64,000 nt of DNA. Origin: Eubacteriales bacterium (GTDB taxonomy: Bacteria; Bacillota; Clostridia; Oscillospirales; CAG-272). This document shows, piece by piece, positions 32,714 to 38,939 of this stretch. The first letter of the stretch is position 1, and each line of letters opens with the position of its first letter. Below the pieces are notes generated by a model. That model was not told the origin of the DNA, searched no databases, and saw nothing but the letters and a program-made list of their open reading frames with translations. The translations under genes and the position numbers were made by a program. The DNA is taken from NCBI GenBank assembly GCA_045577755.1, contig JAZNJA010000252.1, positions 14,271 through 78,270 of the forward strand, in the 5' to 3' direction.

Positions 32714-33865
32714 TCAATGCTTCAGGGCGCCGTCGGCACAATGGACGGTGCATCCGGCGGGAAGGGGGTCTGCATTCTCTGTCAGAGCGCGCCATCCCTC
32801 GCGTGCGCCCGTATAGACAACGGTACGCAAGGAACCGCAATCGCGGAAGGCGTCCCCGCTCAGAATCTCCAGAGAAGCGGGGAGAGTGACCGAGACCAGG
32901 GATACGCATTTGTCAAATGCCAGGCTCTCCAGCGTAGTCAGTCCCTCCCCCACGCTCACCGACATGAGTCCCCCGCACTGCGCGAATGCGCCCTTGGACA
33001 GGGTGTGCAGAGTCGCGGGAAGGGTCAGGGATGTCAGGGATCCACAGCCGTAAAAGGCACTGTATCCGATGGAGGTCACGCCCTCGGCCAGAGTCAGTTC
33101 CTCCAGGGCGGCGCAATGGTAGAAGGCCCACTGAGGGATCATCCCGAGGCTTCCCGGCACCGTGACCCTTTGGAGTGAGATGCAGGAGCTGAACGCGCTG
33201 TCCCCCAGGTGGGTGAGCCCCTCGGGAAGCCGCACCTCGGACAGGGCCGTGCACTCCAGAAACGCCGCCGTTCCGATGGAGGTCACGCCCGCGGGCAGGA
33301 CCACGGTCTCCAGGGTCTCGCATTCGGCGAAGGCCCATTGGCCTATGGTCTCCAGGCCCTCGGGCAGAGTCACCGAGCGGAGGGTCTTTTTCCAGAGGAA
33401 GCCGTAATCCTCGACCGCGGTGACCTGATCGCCGTCGGGGGAGACAGCGGGAATGACGAGGTGGCTGTCCTCTGCCCTGCTTCCGAAATCCTTGGAGGCC
33501 TTGACCGAGCAGGTGCCGTCTCCGCGGCTGACAAACACGAGAGACGGGAACGCTTTGTCCTCGGTGACAGGCTCTTCACCGGATTCGGGGGGCTTGACGG
33601 TAACCCCCTCGGTGCCGACGGGAGGGATGGGGGGATTTTGCCCCAGATAGATCATACCCCAGAGAGTCGCGGCCGAGACCAGCGCACAGACGGCGGCGAC
33701 CAGCCAGCCTCCCGTGAAGAGCCTTCCGAGAGATCGATCGCGCTCCCGCCCGCCGCGGGAGGACGAGACAGGGACGGGGGGATCCGCCACGGGGGGAAGA
33801 GCCGAATCCAGCACAAAGGAATCCCGCACGTCGGTGAGAGCGGTCAGTACGTCCAAAGCTTTCAT
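32714..33865 (-). CDS. Single-pass membrane protein, putative anti-sigma factor with extracellular BspA-type LRR domain
   Basis: 4-nt overlap (ATGA) with the sigma-factor gene. Short cytoplasmic N-region, TM (WLVAAVCALVSAATLWGMIYL), then about 10 LRR_5-like units (LPEGLETIGQWAFAECETLETVVLPAGVTSIGTAAF...). Confidence 0.6.
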   Translation of the reverse strand: MKALDVLTALTDVRDSFVLDSALPPVADPPVPVSSSRGGRERDRSLGRLFTGGWLVAAVCALVSAATLWGMIYLGQNPPIPPVGTEGVTVKPPESGEEPVTEDKAFPSLVFVSRGDGTCSVKASKDFGSRAEDSHLVIPAVSPDGDQVTAVEDYGFLWKKTLRSVTLPEGLETIGQWAFAECETLETVVLPAGVTSIGTAAFLECTALSEVRLPEGLTHLGDSAFSSCISLQRVTVPGSLGMIPQWAFYHCAALEELTLAEGVTSIGYSAFYGCGSLTSLTLPATLHTLSKGAFAQCGGLMSVSVGEGLTTLESLAFDKCVSLVSVTLPASLEILSGDAFRDCGSLRTVVYTGAREGWRALTENADPLPAGCTVHCADGALKH

Positions 33866-34404
33866 AGCGGGTATCCTCCTTGTTCCAGATATGCGCGGAG
33901 CTTTTCCTTGGTCCTGTGGAGACGGAGGGAGACCGCGTTGGGAGTCATGCCGTAGTGGTCGGCCAGGCGGCTCACGGGCTGGGCGTGCCAGTACCGCCCC
34001 ATGAACAGCCGTCTCTCCATAGGTTCCAGGCTTGAGAGAAAGCCATCCAGCAGGGCGGTCAGGGCAGAGGACTCCTCCTCCCTTGCGGGGAGGTAGGGCT
34101 CCAGCTCGGATACCAGGATCTCCAGGTCGCTGTCATGGCGGCCGATGTGCTTGTGGCGGACGCGGTCGATGGAGAGATTGCGGGTGATCTTTGCGAGGAA
34201 GGCCTTCAGCGAGCCGGGGCGCTTGGGCGGGATGCTGTTCCAGACACGCAGGTAGGCGTCGTTGACGCATTCCTCCGCATCCAAGGGATTACCCAGGATC
34301 CCCTCGGCCAGACATTCGCAAAATTCTCCGTATTTTTCAGCGGTCTCGCGGATAGCCGCTTCGTCCCTTTCAAAATACAGAGCGATGATTTCGTGATCCT
34401 CCAT
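33862..34404 (-). CDS. Sigma-70 family (ECF-like) RNA polymerase sigma factor
   Basis: Region 2 (DAEECVNDAYLRVWNSIP) and region 4 HTH (VSRLADHYGMTPNAVSLRLHRTKEKLRAYL). Track ORF trimmed to ATG 34402-34404, 8 nt after AGGAGG. Confidence 0.85.
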   Translation of the reverse strand: MEDHEIIALYFERDEAAIRETAEKYGEFCECLAEGILGNPLDAEECVNDAYLRVWNSIPPKRPGSLKAFLAKITRNLSIDRVRHKHIGRHDSDLEILVSELEPYLPAREEESSALTALLDGFLSSLEPMERRLFMGRYWHAQPVSRLADHYGMTPNAVSLRLHRTKEKLRAYLEQGGYPL

Positions 34405-34523
34405 GGAGACATCCTCCTTTCCCGCCGTCGGCGTGTATTGTGTCCTCATTGATTAAGACGAAATTTCTCTGTCGAATCTTTCACGGATGGGGTGACTTTT
34501 TCAAAAAAATTTTTGAATCCAAG

Positions 34524-34560
34524 TCAAAAGGGCGCTCACAGACCGTGAACGCCCTTGTTT
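34524..34560 (-). terminator. Intrinsic terminator of the Gfo/Idh/MocA gene
   Basis: Long interrupted stem AAGGGCG.TCAC / GTGA.CGCCCTT (34528-34556), then TTTGACTT on the minus strand. Confidence 0.65.
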
Positions 34561-34571
34561 TGGTGGCGTGA

Positions 34572-35672
34572 TCAGCTCTCAAAGACTCCGTGGGGTGCGG
34601 CGGGATCCATGGGGGCGGGGCGCTCATAGGTGGATTCCAGATTCAGGAACCCACCGTCCTTGAAGGCGCGCTCAAAGCCCGTAAGGATCTCCAGAACGTG
34701 GAGGGTCTGCTTGTAGGAGGCGCGGGGATCGCGGCCGCTCTCCAGGGCGGCGGCCATGTCAGCCAGACCCAGGGCGCGGGAATTCTCGGTGTAATCAAAG
34801 GCCAGGGGGATCTCTCTTTCTCCGCCCTCGGGAGTGTACATCCAGACGTGACCGCCGAAGCCGTTGGGATCGGGGACACGGATGGTGCCGTTCGTGCCAT
34901 AGATCTCGATGGTGGGCAGATGGGCCATGTAGACGTCGAAGGATGTGGTGATGGACCCCACCACGCCCGAGTCGAATTCCAGTATGCCGTAATAGGAGGT
35001 GGGTACCTCTACCTCGATGACCTCGCCGAAATGCTCCTTGCATCCCGCCACGCGCTTTTTCTGGGGAATGGAGACCATACCGCCCAGGCGCTTGACTCCG
35101 CCCAGAAGATTGATCAGCGCTGTGACGTAGTAGGGACCCATATCCATCATGGGGCCGCCACCGTACTTGTAGAAGAACTCGGGATCGGGATGCCAGCCCT
35201 CGGGGCCGCGGCTCATGAGGAAGGCAGTGGCGCCCGCGACGTCACCGATGGCGCCCTCGTCGATGAGCTTACGGCAGGTCTGGATGCCCGCGCCCAGGAA
35301 GGTATCGGGAGCGCCGCCGATCATGAGGCCCTTTTCCTCGGCCAGCTTGACCAGCTCCGCGCCCTCCTCCCAGGACGCGCCCAGGGGCTTTTCGGAATAG
35401 ACGTGCTTCCCTGCCAGGAGAGCCGCCTTAGTGACGTCGTAATGCTGGTAGGGGCGGGTGAGGTTGAGGACGATATCCACCTCGGGGTCGGCGAAGAGCT
35501 CGTACATATCCTCGTAGAGCTTGGGGATACCGTACTCCTTGACGGCGTTCTCAGCACGCTCGCGGATGAGGTCGCAGACACCGATGACCTCGATGTTTTG
35601 GAACAGGGTGGTGATGTTCTTCAGATAGATGCCGGAAATGCAACCGACACCAACAATACCGATCTTTTTCAT
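34572..35672 (-). CDS. Gfo/Idh/MocA family NAD(P)-dependent oxidoreductase
   Basis: Track ORF 34572-35966 trimmed to ATG 35670-35672 (MKKIGIVGVGCISGIY Rossmann start, AGGAGA RBS); upstream codons read through a repeat element. EKP motif (VYSEKPLG). Confidence 0.9.
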   Translation of the reverse strand: MKKIGIVGVGCISGIYLKNITTLFQNIEVIGVCDLIRERAENAVKEYGIPKLYEDMYELFADPEVDIVLNLTRPYQHYDVTKAALLAGKHVYSEKPLGASWEEGAELVKLAEEKGLMIGGAPDTFLGAGIQTCRKLIDEGAIGDVAGATAFLMSRGPEGWHPDPEFFYKYGGGPMMDMGPYYVTALINLLGGVKRLGGMVSIPQKKRVAGCKEHFGEVIEVEVPTSYYGILEFDSGVVGSITTSFDVYMAHLPTIEIYGTNGTIRVPDPNGFGGHVWMYTPEGGEREIPLAFDYTENSRALGLADMAAALESGRDPRASYKQTLHVLEILTGFERAFKDGGFLNLESTYERPAPMDPAAPHGVFES

Positions 35673-35716
35673 AGTCGTTTCTCCTTGTCTGTTCGTGGTT
35701 TGGCGTGTAGGGTGCT

Positions 35717-35965
35717 TCAAATTTGGGTTTGGCGGTGTGTTCTTGCGCCAAAGGCGCATATCGAGCCGCGAAAGCGGCATATCGAGCCGAAGGCCCATGC
35801 CGGAGGCATATCGAACACCCGAAGGGTGTATATCGACAAAAACTCCGGGTCGATATGTCCCTTCGGGACTCGATATGTGCCTTGTAGCACTCGATATATC
35901 CCTTCGGGATTCGATATGCCCCCTGCGGGGGCGTGACGGGCTTCGCCCGATAAACCCCAATTTCA
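35717..35965. repeat. Repeat-family copy D (hairpin-array type, ATATCGA/TCGATAT heptamers)
   Basis: Termini TCAAATTTGGGTTTGGCGGTG (35717-) and CCCGATAAACCCCAATTTCA (-35965). ATATCGA at 35758, 35779, 35808, 35830; centre 35837-35849; TCGATAT at 35850, 35870, 35891, 35911. Every inter-heptamer segment is self-complementary. Confidence 0.85.
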
Positions 35966-37099
35966 CTCTTCCTCGATCTTAACGTCGATCCCATTGACCT
36001 CCACGCCACTGTCCGCGCGGATGAGGACGTATTTGACACCGTCGATGATGCGAGTCTCCACAAGATCGGTGCGGGCGGGATTACATTTGATGACTACATC
36101 GGGGGTGCGGACCTCGAATTTCCCGGTTTCCACGATATTGCGGGGGGACAGGGCGGCGTTCTGACCGAAGCCCTTATCGAACTTCTCCTCGAAACGCTCG
36201 ATATTCTCCTCGGGGACACCACAGAAGCCCAACATATCGCGGATGACGTACTTATCCACCACCAAGGGCTCGGGTTCCTTGGAAATTTTGTGATCCTCCA
36301 TAGCCTGGTGGAGCTGGGCGTGGACCGAGCGTACCATGGGCAGGGAGCAGGCCTCCCCCGTGGCATCGGCCAGGACTGAGCGGAAGGTCTCCTTTTGCTC
36401 TGTGGCGGGCATGGGCAGCTCCCCCGCGTTGAAAATGGCGTCGGTGAACTCCTTGTGGCTGTTATCGGTGGCTCTGGTGTAGTACAGAGCACCGTAGAGA
36501 TTGGTAGAGCGGTTATCAAAGGCCGGGAACATGAAGCCCAGGGCGGGGGGCGAGATCACCGAGTCGGCCACCACGTTTCGGAAGCAGTTTTCCCGCACGT
36601 AGTAGCTGAGAGTAGGCTTCGCCATCTTGATGGGGCAGACGCAGCAAAGGATATAGCGGAACAGCTCGGAGGATTCGTCATCCTTGGCACCGTCCTTCCG
36701 ATAGGTAAAGACGTCGTAGGAGTCATAGGCCAAAAGGATCATGTAGTTCCCTTCCAGCCGGAGGGAGTCGATGATCTTTTGATAGAAGGCATGGATCAGG
36801 TCGTTGTCCCGGAGGGCTGTCTCGCGGAGATTGCAGAGGAGCTTATGCTCGGGGGACTCCATGACCTGTTGCGTGGAAAAATGGATGTCGAGCAGGTTGG
36901 TGTCCACCTTACCCGACAGGGTCTTTTTCAGGAGGGACAGGACCTCGTCGGTCTCGGTCTCGCTCATAAGGGCAACGGACTGGTCCAACTCGGAGATGAT
37001 CTCCCGCTTTTCGTTGACGTAGGCGCCGCGGATGCGGCTGATGCTGGTCTTGTCCGCGCGGAAGCGGCGTCGCAGCTCGGCGATTTCTTTATCGTTCAT
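35963..37099 (-). CDS. DUF4317 domain-containing protein
   Basis: Trimmed to ATG 37097-37099 (MNDKEIAELRRRFRADKTSISRIRGAYVNEKREII...LLKKTLSGK). This N-terminus is characteristic of the clostridial DUF4317 family as I remember it. Promoter TTTACA-17-TATAAT upstream. Confidence 0.72.
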   Translation of the reverse strand: MNDKEIAELRRRFRADKTSISRIRGAYVNEKREIISELDQSVALMSETETDEVLSLLKKTLSGKVDTNLLDIHFSTQQVMESPEHKLLCNLRETALRDNDLIHAFYQKIIDSLRLEGNYMILLAYDSYDVFTYRKDGAKDDESSELFRYILCCVCPIKMAKPTLSYYVRENCFRNVVADSVISPPALGFMFPAFDNRSTNLYGALYYTRATDNSHKEFTDAIFNAGELPMPATEQKETFRSVLADATGEACSLPMVRSVHAQLHQAMEDHKISKEPEPLVVDKYVIRDMLGFCGVPEENIERFEEKFDKGFGQNAALSPRNIVETGKFEVRTPDVVIKCNPARTDLVETRIIDGVKYVLIRADSGVEVNGIDVKIEEE

Positions 37100-37132
37100 G
37101 GGCTTTCTACCTCTCTTTTTTGGGATGAGGTT

Positions 37133-37161
37133 ATTATAGCATGAAAACCCGGATTTGTAAA
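37133..37161 (-). promoter_or_regulatory. SigA-type promoter, DUF4317 (and Gfo/Idh/MocA) transcript
   Basis: Minus strand: TTTACA (37156-37161), 17 nt, TATAAT (37133-37138). Confidence 0.7.
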
Positions 37162-37195
37162 GAGGAAAGGGGGGATTTTTTCGGGCTCTCCGATC

Positions 37196-37224
37196 TTGAC
37201 AACAGACCCGAAATGGGCTATAAT
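37196..37224 (+). promoter_or_regulatory. SigA-type promoter, ProX-like gene
   Basis: TTGACA (37196-37201), 17 nt, TATAAT (37219-37224). Back-to-back with the promoter at 37133-37161. Confidence 0.8.
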
Positions 37225-37253
37225 AGAAGCATTCCATGACCGAGGTGTATCCT

Positions 37254-37820
37254 ATGTGCGATTCTTTGATTCCCGACAAAACAGTTTACGAGGGCAGACC
37301 CACCGATCTGACGGGGCGCTTGCCTCGGGAGCTTGCGGCCTACGATCTGCTGGATTCCCTGGAGATCCCCTATGTCCGTCTGGATCACGAGGCCTTATTC
37401 ACCATTGAGGCCTGCCATGAGGCGGACGTTCTGCTGGGTGTCTCCATGTGCAAGAATCTTTTCCTTTGCAACCAGAACAAGTCCCAATTCTACCTCCTGC
37501 TCATGCCCGGGGAAAAGCGGTTCCAGACCAAGGTGTTCTCCCGTCTCATAGGCTCGTCGCGGCTGAGCTTCTCTCCCGAGTCCTATATGGAGGAGCTTCT
37601 GGGGCTGACCCCGGGGTCGGTGACGGTGCTGGGGCTGATGAACGATACCAAGGGCCGTGTAGCTCTGTACATCGACAAGGATCTTTTGTCCGAGGCGTAT
37701 ATGGGGTGCCATCCTTGCATCAATACCTCCAGTGTAAGGATCCGCACTGAGGATCTCATCCGAAAGCTGCTTCCCGCCATGGGACATGGGTACTCGGTGG
37801 TGGAGCTGCCTTGGGAATAA
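37254..37820 (+). CDS. Prolyl-tRNA synthetase-associated (YbaK/ProX-type) deacylase domain protein
   Basis: KNLFLCNQNKSQFYLLLMPGEKRF ... LGLTPGSVTVLGLMND ... ALYIDKDL pattern of the ProX/YbaK family. ATG 37254 chosen (GAGGTG 6 nt upstream); the track start 37236 would lie about 5 nt from the predicted TSS. Confidence 0.78.
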   Translation: MCDSLIPDKTVYEGRPTDLTGRLPRELAAYDLLDSLEIPYVRLDHEALFTIEACHEADVLLGVSMCKNLFLCNQNKSQFYLLLMPGEKRFQTKVFSRLIGSSRLSFSPESYMEELLGLTPGSVTVLGLMNDTKGRVALYIDKDLLSEAYMGCHPCINTSSVRIRTEDLIRKLLPAMGHGYSVVELPWE

Positions 37821-37830
37821 GTACATAGCA

Positions 37831-37869
37831 AAAGACCACCCTTCCGTTCAACACGGTCGGGTGGTCTTT
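37831..37869. terminator. Bidirectional terminator between convergent ProX-like gene and MoxR-operon end
   Basis: AAAGACCACCC (37831-37841), loop, GGGTGGTCTTT (37859-37869). Confidence 0.8.
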
Positions 37870-37883
37870 CTGTTTACCGCGGC

Positions 37884-38915
37884 TTACTCGCCAAGGGTCA
37901 GGGTAAACGTCACGGGGTTGGTCTCGGCCTGCTTGTCGCCGCCGATGACGGAAACTACGATGGTGATGACGTCACCCTCAGCCACCTCCAGGCTGACCGA
38001 CTCGGCACCGTTTGTAAAGTCTGTGACCTTGGAGTTGGCCAGATTGTTCAGGCTGATGTTGTTGATGGTGTCAAGAGAGGTAACGGTGAGCTTGCCCGCG
38101 GCGGTGGCGGTCCAGCGGTAGTAGACCATGCCGTCCTGGGGGACGCTCGCGTTGACGGCCTCGCCCAGGGTCTCGATGACGATGGGGTTATCCATGGCGC
38201 CGGGATCCGAGAGGATGGTCACGGTCATCTCGCGCTCCTCAGCCGAGGTATTGGTGACGGCGAAGAAGGAGGGATCGCGGGCGGACTCGGTCTTCATGCG
38301 GATGGCGATCTTACCCTCGGCATCGGGCTTATAGGTGGAATCGTTGTAGAAGACCTCGGCGGCGGGGTCGTTCATGGTCAGGGTGCGGTTATGGGCGCCG
38401 AAGAGGGTGAAATGGTAGGTCACGCCCGCGGGGATTCGGACGGTGGCGGTATCGTCGGGAATGACGAAGGGACGGTCCACCGAGCCGTTGGGGGTGTTGT
38501 CGGTAACCTCCAGAGCCACGGGCTCCATGCCGGCTTTGACGGTGAGGGCGGTGTCGATGCCCAGGACGTACTCGGGGAGAACGTCAAAGCGGACGGTGTA
38601 GTCTCCCTCGGGGAGGGTCACGGAGACCTTGCCCTCGTTATCGGCGGTGAGGGTGGCGGATTCTCCGTCATCCGTGGCGGGGAGAATGGTAATCACGGCT
38701 TGGGACATGGGGTTGCCATCCTGATCCTTGATGCTCAGGGTAACCTCCACCTTGCTTGCGGGGGCCTCGGTGGGTGCCTCGGTGGCAGGACCGTTCCCCT
38801 CCGCGGTGGTATCGGAGGGGGTGCTTTCGGAGGGCTCGCCACCGTTACAGGCAACAAATGCCAGGGCGGACAGAAGAAGGACCAGCAGAACCGCGATCAA
38901 ACGGATGTGTTTCAT
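37884..38915 (-). CDS. Secreted lipoprotein (CarboxypepD_reg-like beta-sandwich plus PPC-like modules), last gene of the MoxR operon
   Basis: Lipobox FVAC. KVEVTLSIKDQDGNPMSQAVITILPA...GKVSVTLPEGDYTVRFD resembles a carboxypeptidase-regulatory-like domain. 24-nt gap to the upstream gene. Confidence 0.7.
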   Translation of the reverse strand: MKHIRLIAVLLVLLLSALAFVACNGGEPSESTPSDTTAEGNGPATEAPTEAPASKVEVTLSIKDQDGNPMSQAVITILPATDDGESATLTADNEGKVSVTLPEGDYTVRFDVLPEYVLGIDTALTVKAGMEPVALEVTDNTPNGSVDRPFVIPDDTATVRIPAGVTYHFTLFGAHNRTLTMNDPAAEVFYNDSTYKPDAEGKIAIRMKTESARDPSFFAVTNTSAEEREMTVTILSDPGAMDNPIVIETLGEAVNASVPQDGMVYYRWTATAAGKLTVTSLDTINNISLNNLANSKVTDFTNGAESVSLEVAEGDVITIVVSVIGGDKQAETNPVTFTLTLGE

Positions 38916-38939
38916 GGTTACGGTTTCCTTTCGGGAAGC

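Noticed and set aside
34405-34500. ECF-type autoregulated promoter upstream of the sigma factor (GAAA...N18...CGTC around 34445-34475 on the minus strand)
   Set aside because: Spacing and the -35 element (no AAC) do not fit the usual GGAAC-N16-17-CGT pattern well enough. The evidence is too weak to list as a feature.
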